DNA from: Obrimoposthia wandeli
Lineage: Eukaryota
DNA: 64,000 nt
Reading direction: 5' to 3'
Assembly: GCA_977020255.1 (NCBI GenBank)
Contig: CDROCS010005513.1
Location: forward strand, 1 to 64,000
The notes beneath the pieces were generated by a model. It was not told the origin of the DNA. It saw nothing but the letters and a program-made list of their open reading frames with translations, and searched no databases. This document shows, one piece after another, positions 1 to 10,378 of the stretch. The number at the start of each line of letters is the position of its first letter. The stretch's first letter is position 1. Made by a program: the position numbers and the translations under genes.

Positions 1-270
1 CCACGCGAATATTTAAATAAGCTTTCTGGCTGGCGTCAACGCTCAAACTGGGCACAGCAGAATACCTTCGAATCCATTCCAGGTTTCATGGCCGCAGTTA
101 TCATTGCTCATCAAATGGGAGGTAATCAAGACAACATTGATATGTTAGCGATAAGCTACATTGTTATTCGAATTGTTTATGGGGCTTTATACATCGCTGA
201 TATTGCACTAATGAGAACACTTGTATGGGCTCTTGGTGTGGCGTGTATTCTAGGGTTGTTCTTTACTTAA
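1..270 (+). CDS. MAPEG-family membrane protein (5' end outside window)
   Basis: Frame is open from base 1: PREYLNKLSGWRQRSNWAQQNTFESIPGFMAAVIIA. This fits the MAPEG R-A-x-x-A-x-x-N-x-x-E pattern and is followed by hydrophobic helices. Confidence 0.75.
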   Translation, partial: PREYLNKLSGWRQRSNWAQQNTFESIPGFMAAVIIAHQMGGNQDNIDMLAISYIVIRIVYGALYIADIALMRTLVWALGVACILGLFFT

Positions 271-308
271 TGATTTTTAGCTAATGATTTTTGACTAAAA
301 GTCACTCA

Positions 309-341
309 TTAACACCGTATGCTTTTTTGATACGGTGTTAA
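309..341. terminator. Hairpin between convergent genes (likely terminator)
   Basis: Perfect 12-bp inverted repeat TTAACACCGTAT / ATACGGTGTTAA with a 9-nt loop, lying between two convergent stop codons. Confidence 0.55.
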
Positions 342-378
342 CATTTTCTAGAAATACAAAAACGCTAAGTCAGGCTAA

Positions 379-2136
379 TTAATAAGCAATTCGCTTATTA
401 TTTTGCAAGTGTGTATAACTCACATTATCACTCACCGAGCCGCCACCCATAGTGCCACAACCTAAAGTCCAAGATAAATTCAGACCATTATCAGCACCAA
501 TACAGCCTTGAGTACCTGCAGTCGAAACCAATACACGGCTCACCTGCACGACCGCGCTGAAAGCACGTACTCTGTTTTTATCATTGGTATGGATAATCGC
601 AGTATGGCCCTTCCCTTCTAACTCTAAAATTTCATACGCATGGTCTAAAGCCATCTTGTCACTTTCATTACGAATAAATGACAATACCGGCGCTAACTTC
701 TCACGCAATAAAATGGAAGAAAAATCATAAGGCTGCACTTCAGCAAGTATCAACTTAATATCATAATTACGTCCGATCCCTGCTGCTGCACAAATATCCG
801 CCGCAGACTGGCCAATAAATTCAGCTTGCAAACCTTTACCATTAGCAAAAATATTAGCCAGTAGCAATTCGCGCTCAGCCTCAGTTAATACTACGGCACC
901 ATAGGCTTGCATATTGAACAAAAAATTATCAACAATTGCACAATCGACTACCAGATTATTTTCACTGCCACAGACAACACCGTTATCAAACGCCTTACTG
1001 TTGATTACTTTTCTTGCAGCATCTTCAACATTGCAATCATCACAAATCCAAACAGGGGCATTACCTTTCCCCACACCAATAGCGGGCGTACCCGAAGAAT
1101 ACGCACTCTTCACCATAGAAGGACCACCCGTCGCTAGAATCATACTAATGTCGTCATGAGTCATGTACGCATTCGTTACTTTTCGATTCGCCGCAAGCTC
1201 AGGTGTTTGCACTAAATTTTCTGGAGCCCCGAATCGTTTCAATACTTGGCGAATAATATCAACCGTTTTCTCTCCCACCAAACGGCCCTTACGATGAGAA
1301 CTAATCACGATGGCATTACGTGATTTTAAGCTAATCAATGTTTTAAATACGGTCGTCTCTACAGGGTTAGTAATCGGAATCATGCCGAATACAACACCGA
1401 TCGGCATTGAAACTCTTTCAATGCCATTAGCTTCCAATTCAATAGCGCCATTACCTGGTTTATTAACCAAAGAGTCTGCGACATCCAAAGAGCCTAATTT
1501 TATTTTTAAAATTTTATGCTCAACAACTCCCATTCCCGATTCTTGTTGCGTTAGCTCAGCAAGATCTTTCGCTTGAGCATAAATTGCTTTTGCAATTTCG
1601 GTGATAATTTCATCAACCGTGTTTTCGGGCCAAGATAAAAATTCTTCATGTGCCAATCTGGCCAATGTCATTTGTTTATCAACCGAAGGAATTCTGGCTA
1701 TTTTTAAAGCAGCTTGTTGGTTTAAAGGCTGAGATTTTCGTACACGTTGAATAAGCGATGCATTGAATAATTTTAGAAATTCCTGGTAAGCCAGCTCATC
1801 GATTTCTTGTAATTCTTCCAACTTGCTAGCGGATAAAAATAGCACTTCTGCCGCTTCAGTCACCTTAACCGTCATGGCTCTTGGCTCATCTGCAATAAGG
1901 CTCATTGCCCCCAAAAGATCACCTTTACCATAATACTCCAAGGCTATATCAGCACTGACATCAGCATCATAATACTGAGTGACTAATTGCCCACTCAATA
2001 TATAAAAACAACCATCTGGTTGATCACTTTGCTTAAACAAAAACTCTCCCAATTGAAAACTTTTTACCAAACAATATTTCTTTAAACGCTCAACTTCATT
2101 CCTTGGGAATGATACTGCGGTTGGGACATTCATCAC
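379..2136 (-). CDS. Cyclic-nucleotide-binding domain fused to CoA-acylating aldehyde dehydrogenase (AdhE N-terminal / EutE type)
   Basis: aa ~1-135 have cNMP-domain hallmarks (LFKQSDQPDGCFYILSG; GDLLGAMSLIADEPRAMTV). The rest follows the AdhE ALDH domain (ESGMG, PIGVVFGMIPITNP, ATGGPSMVKSAYSSGTPAIGVG, catalytic FDNGVVCGSE, TLGCGTMGG). No Fe-ADH domain follows. Confidence 0.85.
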   Translation of the reverse strand: MMNVPTAVSFPRNEVERLKKYCLVKSFQLGEFLFKQSDQPDGCFYILSGQLVTQYYDADVSADIALEYYGKGDLLGAMSLIADEPRAMTVKVTEAAEVLFLSASKLEELQEIDELAYQEFLKLFNASLIQRVRKSQPLNQQAALKIARIPSVDKQMTLARLAHEEFLSWPENTVDEIITEIAKAIYAQAKDLAELTQQESGMGVVEHKILKIKLGSLDVADSLVNKPGNGAIELEANGIERVSMPIGVVFGMIPITNPVETTVFKTLISLKSRNAIVISSHRKGRLVGEKTVDIIRQVLKRFGAPENLVQTPELAANRKVTNAYMTHDDISMILATGGPSMVKSAYSSGTPAIGVGKGNAPVWICDDCNVEDAARKVINSKAFDNGVVCGSENNLVVDCAIVDNFLFNMQAYGAVVLTEAERELLLANIFANGKGLQAEFIGQSAADICAAAGIGRNYDIKLILAEVQPYDFSSILLREKLAPVLSFIRNESDKMALDHAYEILELEGKGHTAIIHTNDKNRVRAFSAVVQVSRVLVSTAGTQGCIGADNGLNLSWTLGCGTMGGGSVSDNVSYTHLQNNKRIAY

Positions 2137-2149
2137 ATCTTCCTTAAAT

Positions 2150-2167
2150 TAAGCATAAATTTGCTTA
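2150..2167. promoter_or_regulatory. Palindromic candidate operator in divergent promoter region
   Basis: TAAGCA-TAAATT-TGCTTA, in the 172-bp gap between the cNMP-ALDH gene and ORF 2309. Confidence 0.35.
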
Positions 2168-2308
2168 TATGATTTTCGAATAACGTTGCATTCTTATATA
2201 AGAATACCTACAATCCTTACACAAAATGCGCCAGAACGGAATGCTTATTAACTACTCAGGGAGAGTCTTAAGGCGTAATAACAAGAGAGTCACCACAAGG
2301 GATAGGTT

Positions 2309-3532
2309 TTGGATAAATTACGTGCAAAAGCAGTAGAAAGTATTCTAGGCATATACTCACCGTTTTATATTAAAGATATGAAACTCGATGCTGAACATGA
2401 ACTTTTTACCATTCAGCTAGATGAAATAAACAATAAAAATAAATCAATAACATCGCGCTTTAGAAGCACTTCAAAACACATCACTTATTGCTGGCAACAT
2501 GTAAAACTGGGTCGCTTTAATACCCAAATAATTTTCAAAAGCTCAGAATCAAATTTTAATCGTTTAACAAGACTAGTCTGCCCTTCTTTTTTAGGATTAG
2601 CAGAACAAAAATACACCAAGCAAGCCGAAGAACTTATTTTATTTGCTCATGGAAAAAAAATAAGTGCCGATATAATTTCGACCTTAACAGGTTTGCAAGC
2701 TGACGATATTAAACGCTTCATCCTTGATACTGAAAGCAACCAAATAACTCAAACTACCAGCAATTTATTGCCATTAGAAACGGATGCTATTTGGATTAAG
2801 ATCATTAAACGGGAATTGCCGTTAAAAACCAGTCAAACCCCTTTAAGAATGCTACTTCACAAATTAGAGCTGAGCGAAATAAACAACAGTGATAGCTCTG
2901 TATTACAAGAGTCCGTTGCAACATTACGTGCCTTCTTCATTAAAAACAAAGCCAACCTTACCTCAGAATATCAGCAAATTGGGGCAAAAAAAGAAGAAGT
3001 ACAAAGCCCTCTAGAAAAACCTGTTACACAAAAAGCAGGGGCTAGCAGACTCACACCCGCACACCCAGTATGGGACAACATTTTAACTGAGAAATTTTCG
3101 TTGATGTCATCAAACTTGGCATTTAACCTCTACATATCTCGTTTAAAGAATCTTTATAACAAAGACTTATCCAGCTCAGAAAAACGTGACATTGTTATTG
3201 AGCTAATGAAATATCTAAAGAAAAATATCGCCAGCTTACGTAATGAACTTATTGCTATTAAGAAAATTGCAGAGACGATTGATAGCGAGCCCAAAGACAA
3301 TAACATTCCAGATAAGTCAGACGCTATTTGGCAAGACATACTTAATGAACGCGTAGAAATTAAAAGCAGCAAGCTGAATCTAAATTTATTGCTGGTAAAA
3401 CTTAAGAGCCAAACGGCCAAAGGTTTTGAGCAAGAATCATCAGAAGAACTTCATCAGTTTTTTAGTGACAACTATAGAAGCTTGAAACATGAAATAGAAA
3501 GCTTATCAATTTGCAAAGCTGAAGCCGTTTAA
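2309..3532 (+). CDS. Hypothetical protein: ISL3-transposase-like N-terminal/HTH region plus three ~70-aa internal repeats
   Basis: TTG start after AAGGGATAGG. LGIYSPFYIKDMKLD, CWQHVKLGRFNTQI and KYTKQAEELILFAHGKKISADIISTLTGLQADDIKRFI parallel the ISL3 N-terminus. Repeats are P...DAIW..I / P..HPVW..I / P...DAIW..I. No DDE domain. Confidence 0.7.
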   Translation: MDKLRAKAVESILGIYSPFYIKDMKLDAEHELFTIQLDEINNKNKSITSRFRSTSKHITYCWQHVKLGRFNTQIIFKSSESNFNRLTRLVCPSFLGLAEQKYTKQAEELILFAHGKKISADIISTLTGLQADDIKRFILDTESNQITQTTSNLLPLETDAIWIKIIKRELPLKTSQTPLRMLLHKLELSEINNSDSSVLQESVATLRAFFIKNKANLTSEYQQIGAKKEEVQSPLEKPVTQKAGASRLTPAHPVWDNILTEKFSLMSSNLAFNLYISRLKNLYNKDLSSSEKRDIVIELMKYLKKNIASLRNELIAIKKIAETIDSEPKDNNIPDKSDAIWQDILNERVEIKSSKLNLNLLLVKLKSQTAKGFEQESSEELHQFFSDNYRSLKHEIESLSICKAEAV

Positions 3533-3562
3533 TCACATACGTGGATTATAGAAAGGAATACC

Positions 3563-4564
3563 ATGAGTAACGTACAAATTACATCAGCATTAGTCGACCT
3601 AGAGACCTTAGTCGATAAGATTAATCAGCGAGAGTTTTTGATCATTGCCGCTGACGAGAAGATATTAAAACAACTGCCATCAGGTAACTGGATTGCAGGT
3701 ACTATTCCATACTTCATGGGTCAAGAAGGCGGAGAAATCAGCCAAGATAAAGCGTTTGTAAATACAATTGAAGGCCTTAATCTTAGCAACCAACCGCGTA
3801 TCATGCCATATGATATAAACTCAATTAAAAACATCGCCCAAGATGCTCCTGAAAATGGTTTCACCATTACCATTTTACCCGCGGGTAGCGCAATTCATGC
3901 GGAATACGCAGAGAACGCTCCGGGCTATGACAACATGTTTTTCTCACCAATTATTGGTTGGGTAGCCGGAAGTCACTTAGAACAAAACGATGCTCAACCA
4001 CAAGTCGGGTTTGGTACTGCAAACATGTTAATGACTGATAAAGCCATTGCAATGCATGTTCCTTTGTCTGATAGCCAATTTGCCAACATCAACATTGTGA
4101 ACTTATTTGAACAAGGCAACGGGCCAAAAATCAGCTTCAATGAAACTGGATTTTCAGCGAATGACTGCATGATCGATGGTAAAGCCGCTAAGTTATCTGA
4201 ATATGTACAAAATAATAATATCGATACCCGCCTACCTTTAGTCGCGGATTATAATGGTGTGAATATCAACGTATCGATTAAAGAATTACTCAGTGGTTCT
4301 GTTGATTTCTACGCGCCTATTTTTAAGAATGTTCAATATCAATTCGCCAACCCCGTTGCGGATTATGTGAGCGAGCTGAATAAATCCATCGCAAGCCAGC
4401 AGATTCCAGAAAACTGTTTCTCCTTTAACTGTATATTAAACTTTTTATATGCGGATTTAGAAAATAAAAAGACTGCTGAACTAACCGGTCCTTTTACTTT
4501 TGGTGAAATTGCTTATCAGCTACTGAACCAAACACTCGTCTACTTGAGCATTGAAAAAGCTTAG
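3563..4564 (+). CDS. FIST-like stand-alone sensor protein (probably DUF6976 family)
   Basis: LPSGNWIAGTIPYFMGQEGG near the N-terminus. C-terminal FSFNCILN and GPFTFGEIAYQLLNQTLVYL resemble FIST_C motifs. RBS AAAGGA, 30 bp after the preceding gene. Confidence 0.7.
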   Translation: MSNVQITSALVDLETLVDKINQREFLIIAADEKILKQLPSGNWIAGTIPYFMGQEGGEISQDKAFVNTIEGLNLSNQPRIMPYDINSIKNIAQDAPENGFTITILPAGSAIHAEYAENAPGYDNMFFSPIIGWVAGSHLEQNDAQPQVGFGTANMLMTDKAIAMHVPLSDSQFANINIVNLFEQGNGPKISFNETGFSANDCMIDGKAAKLSEYVQNNNIDTRLPLVADYNGVNINVSIKELLSGSVDFYAPIFKNVQYQFANPVADYVSELNKSIASQQIPENCFSFNCILNFLYADLENKKTAELTGPFTFGEIAYQLLNQTLVYLSIEKA

Positions 4565-4579
4565 ACTATTAGTAAGAGT

Positions 4580-5035
4580 CTAAACTTTCGCCGCTCGCAT
4601 CCAGCTGATTTGTGCATACAAGATCACGGCTGCAGCGGCTGTCCCCATCGGAAAAAGCGGCAATAATAAAATACCATAAACCCACACAATCGCCTGCTGC
4701 CATAAACCTGCCTGTGCTATCGAATACTTTACCAATAAATTAAAAATAATACTGGGAATCGTGATCGTAAAAAATATAGCAGAAAACCCTAACAAGAAAT
4801 GCATATTCTCTGACATACCCTCACGGGGTGCCGCCGCATTAAAGATACCCAACATAACCCCCATAAACAGTGCAATAAAAACGGCAAAGATAGTTATTAC
4901 ATTAACGGCAATACAAGCAGCATTGACCTTTTCCTGTAAAGACTCGGCTTCTTGTTGAGCATGCTGAGCAGACATACTTGAGGATACATCTGAACTCACA
5001 TCTGAACTCACATTTAAAGGCATCGCGATAACCAT
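4580..5035 (-). CDS. Small inner-membrane protein, about 3 TM helices; start uncertain
   Basis: Three hydrophobic segments after a Ser-rich N-terminus that contains a duplicated 12-bp unit (SSDV). Confidence 0.55.
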   Translation of the reverse strand: MVIAMPLNVSSDVSSDVSSSMSAQHAQQEAESLQEKVNAACIAVNVITIFAVFIALFMGVMLGIFNAAAPREGMSENMHFLLGFSAIFFTITIPSIIFNLLVKYSIAQAGLWQQAIVWVYGILLLPLFPMGTAAAAVILYAQISWMRAAKV

Positions 5036-5086
5036 AGAATAATCAAGAGTAGGATCATCATCTCAAATAAACAGAATTCTGACCAT

Positions 5087-5123
5087 AAAAAAAGGGGAAT
5101 GAACAAGACTCACTCCCCCTTTT
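5087..5123 (-). terminator. Probable intrinsic terminator after fadH
   Basis: AAAGGGGA...TCCCCCTTTT stem. The A-run on + gives a U-tail on the minus strand. Confidence 0.5.
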
Positions 5124-5195
5124 GGGTTTTCAGTACTTTTAATCGTACTTTTTTAACAGTGGGTACTTTACCCTAACGCTTATTAAGCCGATAGC

Positions 5196-7286
<2,091 letters not shown>

Positions 7287-7474
7287 TTATTCGTGGGCTA
7301 ATTCGGCTTGATGACTCTAATATAGTAAAGTTTCTAGCATTTAGAGTCGGTAAATTGAGAGCGTTAATTTATGCCACTAATATAGGCTGGAAGTATCAGC
7401 AGGTAAATGATTAAACATTGCAAATCACTAACTTTAGTTAACATTTATCTAAATACACTCGATAAATCGAAATT

Positions 7475-8486
7475 TTACTCAGCATAAGTCGGTATCGGTA
7501 AACTCAAAGGTCTCGCTTGTGGATCGTATAGATCCCCCTGCATAAACCCTCTTTCTTTCATTTGGTTTTCAATATAATCGATCGGTTGCATTTTTTGGGC
7601 AGTCCACGCAGGGGCAACCAATTCATCCCAACGACTGCACAGCGCGGCTAATCGCTGCAGTGCGACATTTGGACTCAGGTGGCGTAAAAACAAAATTACT
7701 TTTTCGGCATAAGGCTCTAATTCAAGAGGTTCAAATTTGCCTTCGCGATAGAGTTTTTCTAGTGGGGTATTTTTTAATACATGTAAGTTATGCAACTTAA
7801 CATTCGTGATGGGTAATTGATTGATCATCAGCGCCGTATCAATAATTCTTTGCTCGCTTTCATTAGGCAAGCCAAAAATCAAATGAACGCCAATATCAAC
7901 ATCCGTATGTTGTTTGAGCTTTAAGATTCCTTCGATATTTTTCTCGGCGCTATGGCCACGACGTAAAAACTCAAGATGATCGTTATAAAAACTTTGAATG
8001 CCCAGTTCAACCAACACATAAGTGCGTTCGCAATACGCCTGCAATAAAGGCATTAAGCGAGCAGGTAAGCAATCTGGACGAGTACCTATTACCAAGCCTT
8101 TGATATAGTCCTCTTGCAGAACCGTGTAACGCTCAGCCAACATTCCACTTTGCCAGGAAGTATTGGTATAAGACTGAAGCCGCTAAAAAACTCTCCGAAC
8201 TTTAAGCGAGCAACCCATACTGGTTGTGTGTCGAATTGTTTCAAATCAGCTCACGATCTTTTTCTAATGGGTAAGCAGCAGAGCCCCACTCATCGCAAAA
8301 TATACACACTTCCAAATCAGTATTGGGGGAGCGATTAGGACACGTCTCAGCGATGCTTACTGAGATTTTGCCTATTCGCTCGCCAAAATGCTTCTTGAAA
8401 TATTGGCTAATCGGGTAATAGCGGCGCCCTTGCCACAGCTGATCATTGTCCAAAGTTGTCGCCACTCTATGATTTAAAAAAGGCAT
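7475..8486 (-). pseudogene. TIGR01212-type (YhcC/YtqA-MnmL-like) radical SAM protein, frame-disrupted between ~8143 and 8250
   Basis: 5' fragment has TCPNR...CIFC. QSYTNT lies just upstream of the 3' ORF, which has IGTRPDCL, VELGIQS, GVHLIFGLP and VKLHNLHVLKNT. The fragments are in different frames, with stops at 8241-8243 and 8202-8204. May be assembly error. Confidence 0.75.
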
Positions 8487-8586
8487 TCTAAACCATCAGC
8501 TAAACTGAATATTTAATATAGATCAGCTTTACTCGATTCAGCCTTATTTAACCTCATTTCCGATCAGCTTTATTTAATCTCACCAA

Positions 8587-9198
8587 TTATTTGATCTCAC
8601 CAATAGGCGCAACAACCTTTCCGTACACTTCATTCATTACTTGCGCTAGCGCAGCATAAATTGCCGATAGGCCACAGAAAATACCTTCAATACCTGCAAT
8701 CTGTTTAATCGTACTGCTACCGGTATAATCACCCAAAGCCAATAAGAAGAACAGCAGGGTTAACGAAGCAAAAACGACCTGTAAAGCGCGGTTGAGTCTT
8801 AACGTACAAACAAATAAGACAGCGGTAAATAATCCCCACATAATCAAATATGCCACCATAGCCATCTGATCAGGAGCCTCAGCCAACCCCATTTTTGGCA
8901 TAACCACTAGCGCCACAAGGGTTAGCCAGAAAAAACCATAAGAAGTAAACGCTGTACAAGCAAAGGTATTATTCTTTTTCCATTCCATTAGACCCGCAAT
9001 AATCTGAGCGCAGCCTCCGTAAAAAATCCCCATTGCCAAAATCATAGAGCCTAACTCAAACAGACCTGCGTTATGAAGATTCAGCAAAACCGTTGTCATA
9101 CCAAATCCCATTAACCCTAGAGGAGCTGGATTCGCGGTAGTATCTTCTAGCTTGATACTGTTTAACTGCCCTTCTAGTTGCGTAACGCTTATATTCAC
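8587..9198 (-). CDS. satP: Acetate/succinate uptake transporter (GPR1/FUN34/YaaH family)
   Basis: Signature [24 protein letters not shown]; six TM segments. Confidence 0.92.
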   Translation of the reverse strand: MNISVTQLEGQLNSIKLEDTTANPAPLGLMGFGMTTVLLNLHNAGLFELGSMILAMGIFYGGCAQIIAGLMEWKKNNTFACTAFTSYGFFWLTLVALVVMPKMGLAEAPDQMAMVAYLIMWGLFTAVLFVCTLRLNRALQVVFASLTLLFFLLALGDYTGSSTIKQIAGIEGIFCGLSAIYAALAQVMNEVYGKVVAPIGEIK

Positions 9199-9487
9199 AA
9201 AGTTATTCCTTGATCATCGATCATTAGGTAGGTTTAAAAAAACAGCAGTTTATGGAAATACTTCACAAGCGTTCAGCTCTAGATCAAGATTCAAGCTAAT
9301 AAAAAAAGACAACGTAATATTTATTGCGTTTAATCAACAGATGACAAGGTTGCAGCAAGAGAAGAAACGGGGAATGAGCAGGATAAATCGTCAAATAAAG
9401 GCCCACCACTTCACTCGCAAAACTCTACAGGTTAGTATTTAGCCTTATACATTCAGTTAATCCACTTTTTTAAAAAGAGATCCTATT

Positions 9488-10378
9488 TTGATATTGGCAA
9501 AAATAAAGCGCAGGCCCTTAATTATCACACTGCATATTGTTCTATTTGCCTTTATTGCAATTAGCATTTATACGCACACAGATTCTATTAATGCCGTTAA
9601 AGTTCCCCCAAATTCTCTTTCACAATGGTATAAGCCTGAAAACAAACGTCAGGTTTGGCTGCATAACATGTTCAAACTTCGCAGAGAAATGCAGGCTGTT
9701 GAATTTTACGCTCAAAATCAAGATTCCATTCTATTGGACAAGTGGGCAAAAAGGTTAAATACGCATTATTTTGAAATTGCCAAAATGGTTCCCGAGTGGG
9801 AAGGCAAGTTATCAAGCTCTCTATTGGCCGATTTAAATGAGCAGGTTAAACACAGTAAATTTAATGAAATCCCAAAAACACTCGAAGACTTAAGTCAAAA
9901 TTGCCAAAGCTGCCACACCGATTACCAAGCAACAACAGCGGCACTATATCGCGCCCCAGACTTTGAAAAAATCACAGTCAAAGTAAAAAACAATCAGGGC
10001 ACAAGTATTCCATATACCCAACACATGGACTTACTGAGTAAACAAGTTAACCAGATTAAAATTGCGATTGAGGATGACAAAATAGCGCTAGCGCAATCAT
10101 CACTCGCTGAGCTAAAAGAAGGAATGCTGGCTCAAGGTGAAACCTGCTCTAACTGCCATAAGAACGAGATTGAAACGTACCCCAGCCAAGCCATGACCCA
10201 AACCCTTGGCGAGCTAGAGCAAAGCCTAGCAACAGGTTCAACCACAGATCAAGGTCGTGCATTAGGCACCTTGGCCGTGCAAGCCTGCGCACGCTGCCAT
10301 GGCACCCACCGCATGAGTTATAACGTCCGTAAACAACTGACGGACAAAATGGATTGGCTGCAACTGATTAAACATTAG
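9488..10378 (+). CDS. Exported triheme c-type cytochrome (helical, cytochrome c'-like repeats)
   Basis: N-terminal basic/hydrophobic signal or anchor; three CxxCH motifs (CQSCH, CSNCH, CARCH). Confidence 0.8.
   Translation: MILAKIKRRPLIITLHIVLFAFIAISIYTHTDSINAVKVPPNSLSQWYKPENKRQVWLHNMFKLRREMQAVEFYAQNQDSILLDKWAKRLNTHYFEIAKMVPEWEGKLSSSLLADLNEQVKHSKFNEIPKTLEDLSQNCQSCHTDYQATTAALYRAPDFEKITVKVKNNQGTSIPYTQHMDLLSKQVNQIKIAIEDDKIALAQSSLAELKEGMLAQGETCSNCHKNEIETYPSQAMTQTLGELEQSLATGSTTDQGRALGTLAVQACARCHGTHRMSYNVRKQLTDKMDWLQLIKH

Noticed and set aside
2309-3532. Active IS element
   Set aside because: No DDE catalytic domain, and I saw no terminal inverted repeats or target duplication. Kept only as a transposase-derived CDS.
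7313-7348. GACTCTAA-N20-TTAGAGTC upstream of fadH as a fatty-acid regulator site
   Set aside because: The spacer is long and it does not match FadR or PsrA consensus as I know them; too weak to call.
8202-8243. TGA at 8241-8243 as a selenocysteine codon, given the nearby selD
   Set aside because: An in-frame TAA follows 12 codons later, the downstream half is in another frame, and no selA/selB/selC is present in the window.
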